The notes: a model not told the origin generated them from the letters alone. A stretch of DNA of 64,000 bases from Mesotoga infera (GCA_011045915.1 DSBT01000120.1:7220-71219), one strand, 5' to 3'; positions 1-8,759 are shown, numbered from the stretch's first letter. Program-made: numbers and translations.

Positions 1-2914
1 CGTAGCTGTCTCCAACGACGACTATCTTGTCGTAGACAGGAGTTACTACGAGATCGAAACTGAAGACATTGATTACTGAGTTGAGCGAGGCAATCTCAAT
101 TTCAGGCTTTGAAGAAATGATCAAATATGATCTATCCCCATCTCCCTGTTGGGGAAGCGTCGATGTCTCTTTCTTCAAGATCTCTTCAACTATGCTCTTG
201 GCTTTTGCTAACTGCGACTCAACACCGACTCCAACTATTCCTGCCGGGGTCTCCACGAGATCTATTTCATAACCCAATCGGGAGAGTATTTCACTTAAAC
301 TGCCGACCACATCCGGTTCAATATCTATCAAACTGTAACTTCTCGGACCGGTCTCAATTGTCTCGATTCTTGACAGGACAGAGTTTATGACCTCCATTGC
401 CTTCTCAAGTCTCTCTTTCGTAGCGACAACTGCCACACCTGTAGGAGTGTCAACAAATTCAACAGATAAACTGAGCTTGCTTAGAAGTTCACTTATCCCC
501 TCAACTTCTGAATAGGGGAGGTTAATGAATGTGAACTCGTAATCCACCGCAGTGTCCGAAACATCTCCCTGAACAGGAAGACCGCTGCTAATCTGCCGGA
601 CAAGCTTAGAGGCCTCTTCAACATTCTCCTTTGAACCAACGATCATAAACTGGTTCTCAACGGGAACAATTGTCACTGCGATACCCAGTTTTTCCAGAAG
701 AAGCTCAAACTGCGCGAGGGACGGAATTGATGTTTCCAATCTATAAGAGGGATTCTCGAATCCTCTCAGTTTTTCTGCTTCTGTAGAAATCGCTTCCAGC
801 ACAGGCTGTGATGCAATTACTATATAGCCGCTGCCTGATGTTGTAAGTGTTATTTCCGAATAGATATCGGATCCAAGGAAATCGTTGAGATAAGCCCTGA
901 ACTTCTCGATATCCCAGCCGGGGATTGCCATTATCTGCAGAGATAACCGGGGGTCCTGACTTGAGATGCGATTCTCAACCATTTCAGTTATTCTTGGAAT
1001 TCTCTCTTCGATAACGCTCTCTATCTCCAAAAGCCTGTCCGGGTACGCACTAATCACCAGCAGACCGGCTGACTCGATGAAGTTGGCCGTCTCGTTCTCG
1101 ACAAGAATCGTCTGGAGCAACTCGCCCAAACCCGAAGTATAGACTTCGGGTGATATCTCAAGGATAGATTGCCTTGTAATTCTGTATATCTGCTTTTCGT
1201 GCTGTTCAAGCTCAGCAACGGCCTTCTCCATTATCTCAGAAGGAGCGTACATGAAGACCAATCTGTCTGCGATCTGCTCAACTGTATACTCGCCTTCAAC
1301 AAGACCCTGAGCCGCGTAAAAAGTTCTGAGGAAAGCTGAGACTTCCTCAAAGGAATCATTAGCCTTTAGCTCGAGGTATGTGTTTGCATAGTCTTCAAAA
1401 GCAATCCCTGTGAAAAGCGAAAGGAGATACTCGGCCGTTCCGATTGAGCTCTTAGAACCCTTGATAATGAATCCCTTTCTTTCTCCCAGCGCTTCTATTG
1501 CTGCCCCGGTAATACGTTGAACCTGTGACAATATTGATTCTTCTATAGTCAGGTGATAATTTACGATAGTGTAAGACACGTCTGTCGATATCTCAGAGAA
1601 GGAGTCGGCAACCTTCTGAAGAACCGGAACGAGGTAATTGGGTAATTCAAAAGTTACCTTTCCGATGGGTTCAAAGGTTCTGTCTACAGAGAGATCCTCG
1701 TACATCGCATAACTTTGAAGAATACTGAAAATCGTCCCTACCAGAGTCTTGTCTTCTGTCAAACCCGATCCCGATGCACTGCCCAGCTTCAATATGTCTT
1801 CAATCAGAAAGAAGTTGTCAGGCAGAGTAATCGTCCTACTCGTCTTGCTGGAGTCGAGGTCTTGCGAGGTGATGTACTCCCTGTAAAGATCTATATACTC
1901 ATATAAAGCGTCTACTTGAGCAGCATTCCCAGAAAAAATCAGTTTGTTGAACTCTGGAATACTGGCTATTGTAAGGCCATCAGAGAACAGCGTTGCGTTG
2001 AGTTTCCTGGCCAGTTCATAGTATGCGGTGAGAGGTTCGATGTCAATGTTCGCTATCTCCCACGGAACATTGTATTCTCTCGTAACTGTATTTGTCGTAA
2101 GTGCAGCTGAAAGCGTCATATGAGTCTGAAGATCTCCGAAAACCATTAGAGATGCCTCATTTGGCAGATATTCGATGAAACTGTTCACAGGAAGAGTCTT
2201 TCTTAGCCTTTCGATCTGTTCGGAAATAGATTCTCCCTCGGCGTTGAACTCCACACCGATGTAAGTCTTCCAGAAGGCGTTGACCAAATCTTTTATTTCT
2301 TCCGGAGTGCCAAGATAGAATGTTCCATCGGTCAAATAGGAGTATGCTATCCTATCTCCGAGTGATGTGAGAATGTTCCGTAGAATGTCTTCGGGCATCG
2401 CAAGAGAAAAACCGACTATGACCTCCTCATTTCTGACGCTAGGAGATATGACATAAGAGAGATCAAGCATCTCTTCTGAGAAAAGGTACGTCATCGCAGT
2501 GGAAACAGTCATTCCGTATGTTGTGAACTTTTCGATATCAACGTTGATCTTCGATCTGAAGAATCTCAACGTGACTACATTGTCCCTGATCGTGACTTCT
2601 GGATCATCGATCGTTGGAATCAACAACGCGATATTCACAGAAAGTCTCTTCGGATCCTGTCTAGTCCACAGTCCCTCCACCGGACCCATTCGGAGCGGAA
2701 GATTCATATCTCTGCCATTCACTCCGTTGAGCGCCAAAGAGTATATAGTCTTGGAAGGATTTGACTGAATGTTGTAATCAGTGACTGTGTCGTTGAAGAT
2801 CATAGTCACTGTTACAGACTCAGCGTCCATAGAAGGTATAACAGAATTCAACTGATTAGAGAAACCAATACAGAAGAAACCCAGAACCAAAAATATGACC
2901 GCTATTTTTCTCAC
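1..2914 (-). CDS. Large secreted PilQ-like (secretin-family) protein; N-terminal 971 aa only, the 3' end runs off the window start
   Basis: Absent from the ORF track because it has no stop inside the window, so I translated it by hand. GTG at 2914 follows a GGGGTGA SD. The N-terminus VRKIAVIFLVLGFFCIGFSNQLNSVIPS looks like a signal peptide. The frame checked open at 2914, 658, 538, 358 and down to base 2 (...FDLVVTPVYDKIVVVGDSY). The last ~330 aa are tandem ~65-aa beta-alpha-beta-beta-alpha modules, e.g. YEFTFINLPYSEVEGISELLSKLSLSVEFVDTPTGVAVVATKERLEKAMEVINSVLSRIE and YSLIDIEPDVVGSLSEILSRLGYEIDLVETPAGIVGVGVESQLAKAKSIVEEIL, as in secretin N domains. It is the terminal gene after the pilMNOP-like genes. 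The secretin C-domain is not visible. Confidence 0.5.
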   Translation of the reverse strand, partial: MRKIAVIFLVLGFFCIGFSNQLNSVIPSMDAESVTVTMIFNDTVTDYNIQSNPSKTIYSLALNGVNGRDMNLPLRMGPVEGLWTRQDPKRLSVNIALLIPTIDDPEVTIRDNVVTLRFFRSKINVDIEKFTTYGMTVSTAMTYLFSEEMLDLSYVISPSVRNEEVIVGFSLAMPEDILRNILTSLGDRIAYSYLTDGTFYLGTPEEIKDLVNAFWKTYIGVEFNAEGESISEQIERLRKTLPVNSFIEYLPNEASLMVFGDLQTHMTLSAALTTNTVTREYNVPWEIANIDIEPLTAYYELARKLNATLFSDGLTIASIPEFNKLIFSGNAAQVDALYEYIDLYREYITSQDLDSSKTSRTITLPDNFFLIEDILKLGSASGSGLTEDKTLVGTIFSILQSYAMYEDLSVDRTFEPIGKVTFELPNYLVPVLQKVADSFSEISTDVSYTIVNYHLTIEESILSQVQRITGAAIEALGERKGFIIKGSKSSIGTAEYLLSLFTGIAFEDYANTYLELKANDSFEEVSAFLRTFYAAQGLVEGEYTVEQIADRLVFMYAPSEIMEKAVAELEQHEKQIYRITRQSILEISPEVYTSGLGELLQTILVENETANFIESAGLLVISAYPDRLLEIESVIEERIPRITEMVENRISSQDPRLSLQIMAIPGWDIEKFRAYLNDFLGSDIYSEITLTTSGSGYIVIASQPVLEAISTEAEKLRGFENPSYRLETSIPSLAQFELLLEKLGIAVTIVPVENQFMIVGSKENVEEASKLVRQISSGLPVQGDVSDTAVDYEFTFINLPYSEVEGISELLSKLSLSVEFVDTPTGVAVVATKERLEKAMEVINSVLSRIETIETGPRSYSLIDIEPDVVGSLSEILSRLGYEIDLVETPAGIVGVGVESQLAKAKSIVEEILKKETSTLPQQGDGDRSYLIISSKPEIEIASLNSVINVFSFDLVVTPVYDKIVVVGDSY

Positions 2915-2942
2915 ACGAATCACCCCATATTCACCCTCGAGT

Positions 2943-3383
2943 TTACGATCTAAAGTACTTCACAACAACAAAGCTGTTCGTGCTCGTGTCGTTAAGCAAC
3001 ACAGCAAATTCCGTAATTCCGTACACTATGTAAGAGGGAGCAACCTGTTCTCCAACCCTTACGGTGATTTGTGACTGTCCTGCTTCAAGAACCGCATAAT
3101 CAACTTTGTTCAATCTATAGTAAGCTACATACTTAACGTCGGCAGCCTCTTCGCCCACTTCAAGCATGGACCTTATAACTTCCAAAGGGCTTGCATAAAG
3201 AGGAAGAAAGTGATTGCCCAAAGCAACGCTGCTCAATACTCTGGAAGTATCGATAGGATCGATCCTAATTCTGCTTGCAGCCACATCGGCAATTTCCACC
3301 GGTTCTAGAAGAAATGTCAGTAGAACCCCACCCGTAACCAGCAAAGTTATTGAAACAACGATTATTAGAACAATCTTCTCCAT
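2943..3383 (-). CDS. PilP-like pilus assembly protein (N-terminal TM anchor plus C-terminal beta domain)
   Basis: 146 aa. TM helix IVLIIVVSITLLVTGGVLLTFLL. The C-terminal segment AVLEAGQSQITVRVGEQVAPSYIVYGITEFAVLLND resembles the PilP beta-sandwich pattern. It sits between the PilO-like and PilQ-like genes. Confidence 0.4.
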   Translation of the reverse strand: MEKIVLIIVVSITLLVTGGVLLTFLLEPVEIADVAASRIRIDPIDTSRVLSSVALGNHFLPLYASPLEVIRSMLEVGEEAADVKYVAYYRLNKVDYAVLEAGQSQITVRVGEQVAPSYIVYGITEFAVLLNDTSTNSFVVVKYFRS

Positions 3384-3397
3384 AAAATCAACTCCAC

Positions 3398-4003
3398 CTA
3401 GAAGTTGCCCGTTACCGTAAGATCCGTCCTTAGCTCGAGTGAGAGATTCGATGGAATGTTTGATTCCGGAAGAATGGGAAAGCCTAGATTTGATCTCAGT
3501 TCAAGCTTTCTGACGAGTATCTTTGGCTCATTAACGATCATCTCGACAAGATCAAGAATATCTCTCGAGCCTCCAGTGACGGTTATCCCCTTGTAGTCAC
3601 CCGGTTTGGTCTCTATCGGAACTCTTTCCTTCAGTTCTTCTAGATAGCTTCTTGTGCTCATTGAGCCAATCGCTTCGTTCCTAACTCTTGAAAGCAACTG
3701 CACCTCGAGATAGGCGCTCTCCAGTCCATTCACTTCGTCTATCAGTAATGATGTGTTCTCAAAAGTGTTGTAGGAGTACAAAACCACTAGAAAGAGAAAG
3801 CCGATCACAGTCAAAGCAATCAACGACCAAAATGCAAATTTCGAGTTCAGACCTTTTCTGCCAAGGAAAGTGAGCTTTCTGTTTAGCCTGTTAGAGTAGT
3901 CCCTGTGAATGAAATAGCTATCATTACCGTCAAATGGCTCTCGGGTGGCATCCATGTCCATGCCTTCAAAATTGAATTCGTTCTTTTCACTCATCATGAC
4001 CAC
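3398..4003 (-). CDS. pilO: PilO-like type IV pilus assembly protein
   Basis: 201 aa. Cytoplasmic N-terminus, one TM helix (FAFWSLIALTVIGFLFLVVLY), a coiled-coil segment and a C-terminal ferredoxin-like region (GITVTGGSRDILDLVEMI...LSLELRTDLTVTG). Position after the pilN-like gene. Confidence 0.5.
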   Translation of the reverse strand: MVMMSEKNEFNFEGMDMDATREPFDGNDSYFIHRDYSNRLNRKLTFLGRKGLNSKFAFWSLIALTVIGFLFLVVLYSYNTFENTSLLIDEVNGLESAYLEVQLLSRVRNEAIGSMSTRSYLEELKERVPIETKPGDYKGITVTGGSRDILDLVEMIVNEPKILVRKLELRSNLGFPILPESNIPSNLSLELRTDLTVTGNF

Positions 4004-4571
4004 CCACCTCTAGATCGACAAGTTGAAGCGAGTAGAGCTCAGCAAAATCTAGATTTCCCCTCACGCTCGGTTTTGCAAGAAGAGTCGGTGTGCTTTCTGG
4101 TGTGGGGAAAGAAACATCATCGCCTTCGAAAATCAGATAATAAAAGGAATTACCGACTCCACTCTCAAACTGAATTCTTGAAGCTATTGTCTTCATCGCA
4201 TTTTCATCTTCAAGATAGGCCTCTATTGTTCTAAAAACGTCCATTTCGACTGATTTTGAGTCGACATGCGTGCGAAGATCATTTACCTGTTTGCTCAGTT
4301 TATTTCTCATTGCTGTATACTCTAGCTTCTTATTGTAGATCATTTCAATGTCTGCTTTCAGATTGCCTGTCAGATATGTCCCGGTATTGTCGAAGAGGTA
4401 GCCTTTCATTCTGGAAACCTGCCTCAATCTTGTCTCAAAGGCCTGAGTAACAAAGAAACGAGATCCCAGAACCAGAAGGACAATTATCAGCAGGACTATT
4501 AGAGAATACTTAAGCCTTGAGACCCGCTTCTTCCTTGAATACAAGTTTACGTCGACCAAGTATCTCACCAC
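3987..4571 (-). CDS. pilN: PilN-like type IV pilus assembly protein
   Basis: 194 aa. N-terminal VDVNLYSRKKR resembles the PilN INLLP motif and is followed by the TM helix YSLIVLLIIVLLVLGSRFFV. Position after pilM. The start is uncertain: GTG 4571, GTG 4568 or TTG 4559, and any of them overlaps the pilM 3' end. Confidence 0.5.
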   Translation of the reverse strand: MVRYLVDVNLYSRKKRVSRLKYSLIVLLIIVLLVLGSRFFVTQAFETRLRQVSRMKGYLFDNTGTYLTGNLKADIEMIYNKKLEYTAMRNKLSKQVNDLRTHVDSKSVEMDVFRTIEAYLEDENAMKTIASRIQFESGVGNSFYYLIFEGDDVSFPTPESTPTLLAKPSVRGNLDFAELYSLQLVDLEVGGHDE

Positions 4572-5559
4572 CTCTCATAAGCAGTCCAACCGAAGTATAA
4601 GTTATCCCGCTTGTTTCCTTCATTTTCAGAGGCATGCTGACCACTTCTGTTTCGTCTCCGAGAATCTTTTGGAAAGCTCTTGAATAAACGGCTGTAGAAA
4701 GACTCGACTGTCCTGCAACAAAAAACCTGGTGAAGAGAGACTCATCAGCCGCTGAGGTGTTTGGCGAGTTCGACAACGTGTTTGTAAGATACATCCTTAA
4801 CTGATAAGAGATCAGACCCTCGAGTCTTTCCGAAGCTTCCTCAATTAACGAATCATAATATGCCTTGGAGCCAATAAGAAATTCCCTCTGAATATTTGTG
4901 TTCGGAGAGAGCGAATTGTCCTCCTTGAAGCCGCTTGCAACCTGGTCAAACCCATCGCTGATATAATTGAGCCCCACGATTTCTTCTCCCCTGAATGTCA
5001 GGAGAAGAGAATAGCTTCTGTCAACTATGAAAACAATATTGTTGCCTTCAAAGACGCTTGTTTGAGCCATTTTAAAAATCGAAAAGGGCTTCACATCGAC
5101 AATGTTCGGCTCGGGAAAGCTCTTTCCCGTCAATCCCCCAATGAATTCAAACACGGCCTTTCTCTTTGTTATAACAAATGCAGGAACGAGTCCGCTTTTC
5201 AGAGAAGCTATCGAGTTCAGACAAGCAACATTTACTTCGTCCGGCGGTAATGAGAATTGGGAAGCGGCCTTGAAGCTGGCAACATTGAGTAAATTCTTCA
5301 TAGACTTTACCCGGGGAACCTCAAGATGCTGAAAGACAACATCTCTTGGATGAAAGGTAGCAACAAAAATTTCATCGGCAGGAATTGTGTTATTCTCCCT
5401 GAATACTTTAACTGATTCTTCAAGCGAATCTGCCCCCATCTTGAGCACAGAAAAGACGGGTTTCAGATACCGGCCTTCAATAACAGCTCTAACGATCTCA
5501 GTATAACCCTCGTCAGAATTTACGGCAGTTATCATACTCTGAAACATGTTTACCCCCAA
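4510..5559 (-). CDS. pilM: PilM-like actin-fold type IV pilus assembly ATPase-like protein
   Basis: 349 aa, cytoplasmic. Pattern LEVPRVKSMKNLLNVASFKAASQFSLPPDEVNV and C-terminal VGLLMRGG resemble PilM/FtsA-like proteins. Lies directly upstream of the pilN/pilO-like genes. Confidence 0.55.
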   Translation of the reverse strand: MGVNMFQSMITAVNSDEGYTEIVRAVIEGRYLKPVFSVLKMGADSLEESVKVFRENNTIPADEIFVATFHPRDVVFQHLEVPRVKSMKNLLNVASFKAASQFSLPPDEVNVACLNSIASLKSGLVPAFVITKRKAVFEFIGGLTGKSFPEPNIVDVKPFSIFKMAQTSVFEGNNIVFIVDRSYSLLLTFRGEEIVGLNYISDGFDQVASGFKEDNSLSPNTNIQREFLIGSKAYYDSLIEEASERLEGLISYQLRMYLTNTLSNSPNTSAADESLFTRFFVAGQSSLSTAVYSRAFQKILGDETEVVSMPLKMKETSGITYTSVGLLMRGGEILGRRKLVFKEEAGLKA

Positions 5560-5562
5560 GTC

Positions 5563-5943
5563 TCAATAGGTGACTTTCCCCGTTACCGGTTGGATAGTCA
5601 GCACACTGCCATCGGCAAAGCTCAATGTTGTCGACCCGCCAAGAATAGCAATTGAACCATCCCCATTGAAGCGGATCCTAAAGTTCTCTCTGTTCTCCCA
5701 GAGGCAATCTTCAAAAATCGCTCCCGTTGTCGAGGAGACCCTCTTCAACCAAGAATCATAGAAAACCTCTACAGGTCTGGAACGAACAACAGCCTCAAGA
5801 CGCTGTCTTTCAATGAACGAATCGAAAGCAGTTTTGCTGAGGCTAATTTTCAGGCTACCAATAATTTCAGATGAAACCAGTACAACGCCGCTGAGGCAAA
5901 GAGAGACCAAAACCAGACAGCACAAAAGCTCGGTTAAACTCAT
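5563..5943 (-). CDS. Minor pseudopilin (GspH/FimT-like) with no leader peptide
   Basis: 126 aa. The N-terminus MSLTELLCCLVLVSLCLSGVVLV matches the mature pilin N-terminal helix with Glu at position 5. The C-terminus IRFNGDGSIAILGGSTTLSFADGSVLTIQPVTGKVTY resembles GspH/FimT. ATGA overlap with the pilC stop. Confidence 0.55.
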   Translation of the reverse strand: MSLTELLCCLVLVSLCLSGVVLVSSEIIGSLKISLSKTAFDSFIERQRLEAVVRSRPVEVFYDSWLKRVSSTTGAIFEDCLWENRENFRIRFNGDGSIAILGGSTTLSFADGSVLTIQPVTGKVTY

Positions 5944-7142
5944 CCAATACTTTGCTCCATCGCAAAAACAGCACCGTATATAGTTATTGCCAGAAAACCA
6001 ATGAACCCACCAATAAATAATATCATTATCGGCTCAACAAGTGAAACAAGTTTCTTGAGTGCATTTTGAACCTGCATATGATAAAAGTCGGCAACTTTGA
6101 ACATGACTTCGTCCAGCTTGCCGGTCTCCTCCCCCGTGGCCACCATACTAACGACTATCGGCGGGAAGACCTTCTGATGCTCAAGGGAAGCGCTGATACT
6201 CTCGCCTCCCTTAATGCTGACTATTGCATTAGTTACGGCTTTCATAACCCGAGGGCTTTGCGAGACTTCTCCTGCAAGTTCCAGAACAGTTGGCAGATCA
6301 ACTCCACTTGCCACTAGAACGGCCGTCGTTCTAGTGAATCTCTCCATAGCCGTCATATTTCTCAGGGTTCTTACTGGAGGAATTAGTTTCCCAAGATTCT
6401 CCTTAACGATGTTACCGTATTTGCTCTTGAAGAAGAAGAATCCTCCGATCAGCAAGCCGAAAAGCAAAACAAGAAGCAGCGGCCACTGGTTCTTCAAAAT
6501 ATCATTCATCTTCAGAAGAATAGCCATTGTTCCCTCTGGTTCAAAGTTTCCTCCAAAAGCGCTGATCAAGTTCGGGAGAATGAAAAAGGAAATCATCCCC
6601 ACTATTCCAACCGCAAAAACCATCATGAAAAGAGGATAAGCCATTGCCGATTTAACCTGGTTCTGAAGCTCAACCATTCCCTCATAAAAGTCCGCAACTC
6701 TTTCAAGCGATTCATCAAGAACTCCACCTGCCTCACCGGCCTTGACAAGGTTGGTGAAGAGAGGTTCAAAAACGCCCGATCTTTCAAGAGACTCACTGAA
6801 ACTCATTCCGCCCTCTATGTCTAACACTACTCGGGCTATGATCTTCCTGAATCTTCTAGAAAACAGGACCTGGGTCGAAAGGACCTGAAGTGCTTCTCTT
6901 ATCCTGACACCGGATGAAACCATTGTGGCCAACTGTCTTGAGAAGATACTGACTTCCTTCTGAGAGGCGGGAAACAACGAAGCCTTAGTCGAGCTGCGAG
7001 AGGATGATGATTGCTTAATTGAACTTACAATATAGCCTCTGCTCGAGAGGATTTGGAGCGCCTCCAGTTTGGAATTCGCAGCGAGCTTGCCTTTTTCTGG
7101 CCTTCCCTTGATGTTGATTACTTCGTAGCGGAAATCGGGCAT
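5940..7142 (-). CDS. pilC: Type IV pilus assembly platform protein PilC (GspF family)
   Basis: 400 aa with duplicated GspF-type halves: FSRQLATMVSSGVRIREAL... and FTRTTAVLVASGVDLPTVLE..., plus EETGKLDEVMFKVADFY. Three TM segments. Confidence 0.85.
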   Translation of the reverse strand: MPDFRYEVINIKGRPEKGKLAANSKLEALQILSSRGYIVSSIKQSSSSRSSTKASLFPASQKEVSIFSRQLATMVSSGVRIREALQVLSTQVLFSRRFRKIIARVVLDIEGGMSFSESLERSGVFEPLFTNLVKAGEAGGVLDESLERVADFYEGMVELQNQVKSAMAYPLFMMVFAVGIVGMISFFILPNLISAFGGNFEPEGTMAILLKMNDILKNQWPLLLVLLFGLLIGGFFFFKSKYGNIVKENLGKLIPPVRTLRNMTAMERFTRTTAVLVASGVDLPTVLELAGEVSQSPRVMKAVTNAIVSIKGGESISASLEHQKVFPPIVVSMVATGEETGKLDEVMFKVADFYHMQVQNALKKLVSLVEPIMILFIGGFIGFLAITIYGAVFAMEQSIG

Positions 7143-7145
7143 CTC

Positions 7146-7613
7146 TTACTCCACCTCTCTCAAAAGACAGACTGCATGAGCATGAACAAAATCTGGGCTG
7201 CTGCCGTTACCCGACTTTGGTTTGATGTTCACATTCTCGCTTCCTACCCCAAGAGCTTGGGCGATGTTTTCGGTCATTGATCTGACAAAGCCAGCCAACC
7301 TGACGCTTTCTATGACGACGACCGTATCGACATTAAGCAATTGCCATCGTCCTCTTATTGCTTCTGATACCTCAAATAGAAACTCCAAACTTCTTCGATC
7401 TCGATTCAAGTCAACTTCCGGAAACTCAATGCCGATATTCCCTAAAGATACTGCGCCTAGAACTGCGTCCACAATTGCGTGACAAAGAGCATCTCCGTCA
7501 GAGTAGCCAGAAAGGTAGAGAGAATCTGATACTTTGACACCTCCAAGAAACAATCCTTTGTTCCCCACGAGAATCGGATGAACATCATAACCGATTCCTA
7601 CCCTGATACTCAT
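7146..7613 (-). CDS. ispF: IspF-like protein (2-C-methyl-D-erythritol 2,4-cyclodiphosphate synthase family) with divergent motifs
   Basis: 155 aa. IGYDVH..., SDGDALCHAIVDAVLGA and FPE.D align with IspF. Several near-invariant positions differ (see finding). Confidence 0.7.
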   Translation of the reverse strand: MSIRVGIGYDVHPILVGNKGLFLGGVKVSDSLYLSGYSDGDALCHAIVDAVLGAVSLGNIGIEFPEVDLNRDRRSLEFLFEVSEAIRGRWQLLNVDTVVVIESVRLAGFVRSMTENIAQALGVGSENVNIKPKSGNGSSPDFVHAHAVCLLREVE

Positions 7614-8716
7614 ATAAGTCTAATCGGCATTATGATATAGGTGTATCCCTGCACATCTACAGGGTTCATCTGGAGCGGGCTGTTCGAGTCAACAAAGTTC
7701 AACTCCACAGAGTCGGAATCAATCTTCTTTGCAGATTCGGAAAGGAATCTGGGATTGAATGCTATAACAATGTTGTCGCCCTCTTTGTTCGCTCCAATAA
7801 CTTCTACTGACTCTCCGTGATCCGGACTTCTGGCAATAATCTTGAACTGCTCATCGTCTATCTCGAACTTGACAGAGTCGGATCCAAGTCTTGCGGCAAT
7901 CGATGCTCTTCTAACAGCATCGGAAAAAGTCTCTGTCGGAATCACCACTCTTGCTTTGAATGACTTCGGAAGGACTTTTCTATAGTCAGGAAACTCCGCA
8001 TCAACTACTTTCGTCACTATTTCGGTTCCATCAAAGGAAAACTGCACGCGCGAACCATCGTAAGTTATTTTCATAACATCAGACATTGCGACTTTAAGGC
8101 TGTTTTGAAGATCCCTCATACTCTTCAACGTCAGCAGAAAGTGATCATCGATGTTCAGATCGATTCTCTCCTCAGAAAGGGCCATTCTAAAACCATCCGC
8201 AGCCACGAGGCGAAGATACCCGTCATCAAATTCCCAATAAACACTGTTCAGATTCCTCATGAACTCGTCCCTTGCTGCACAGAAGATTACCCTTTCAACC
8301 ATTAGCTCAACAGAAGATACGGAAACTGTGAAGTCAAGTCCCCCAGCTGCTGGCTCGATATCCGGGAAGTCATCAGGGTCCATTGTTGGAAGAGTGAAAC
8401 GTGCGCTGCCCATTCTGATAACCATGTTAGTTTCTTCCGTCTCAAATATTACTTCTCCTTCAGGCAGATTCCTTACTATTTCAAGAACTAGACGAGCATC
8501 GATAACAAAATTGCAGCTTCCATCTAAATGCTTTGGTTTCAGCTCGGTAGTGATCGCTGTCTCTAAATCGGTAGCTACAAGCTTAATTGTCGACTCATCC
8601 TTCATTGAGAAATATATGCCTGAAAGAATTGGCTTGACATTCTTTGGAGCGACTGCCCCAGAAACCGACTCTAATCTCGTGAGGATTTCGGAACGAGCTG
8701 CGACAAATTTCATCAT
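7610..8716 (-). CDS. dnaN: DNA polymerase III beta sliding clamp
   Basis: 368 aa. MKFVAARSEILTRLESVSGAVAPKNVKPILSGIYF..., three-domain length, C-terminus YIIMPIRL. Confidence 0.95.
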   Translation of the reverse strand: MMKFVAARSEILTRLESVSGAVAPKNVKPILSGIYFSMKDESTIKLVATDLETAITTELKPKHLDGSCNFVIDARLVLEIVRNLPEGEVIFETEETNMVIRMGSARFTLPTMDPDDFPDIEPAAGGLDFTVSVSSVELMVERVIFCAARDEFMRNLNSVYWEFDDGYLRLVAADGFRMALSEERIDLNIDDHFLLTLKSMRDLQNSLKVAMSDVMKITYDGSRVQFSFDGTEIVTKVVDAEFPDYRKVLPKSFKARVVIPTETFSDAVRRASIAARLGSDSVKFEIDDEQFKIIARSPDHGESVEVIGANKEGDNIVIAFNPRFLSESAKKIDSDSVELNFVDSNSPLQMNPVDVQGYTYIIMPIRLI

Positions 8717-8744
8717 ACACCTCCACTTGATGAGCTTTTCATAA

Positions 8745-8753
8745 ATTATAACA
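8745..8753 (-). promoter_or_regulatory. Candidate extended -10 element (TGTTATAAT) for dnaN
   Basis: Minus-strand sequence TGTTATAAT lies 28 nt upstream of the dnaN ATG. No good -35. Confidence 0.4.
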
Positions 8754-8759
8754 TCTATG

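Noticed and set aside
4510-4571. A 62-nt overlap between pilM and pilN, a possible programmed overlap.
   Set aside because: More likely start-codon ambiguity: GTG 4571, GTG 4568 and TTG 4559 are all in frame, with the SD-like GAGGTGGTGA best placed for TTG 4559. Overlap of some length remains but is not exceptional.
8744-8756. The 13-nt string AATTATAACATCT is shared between the dnaN/nfi spacer and the yfcE/tig spacer (61462-61474).
   Set aside because: In 64 kb, on both strands, tens of 13-mer coincidences are expected by chance, more so for AT-rich strings. No further copies were seen, and the two contexts differ in orientation relative to genes.
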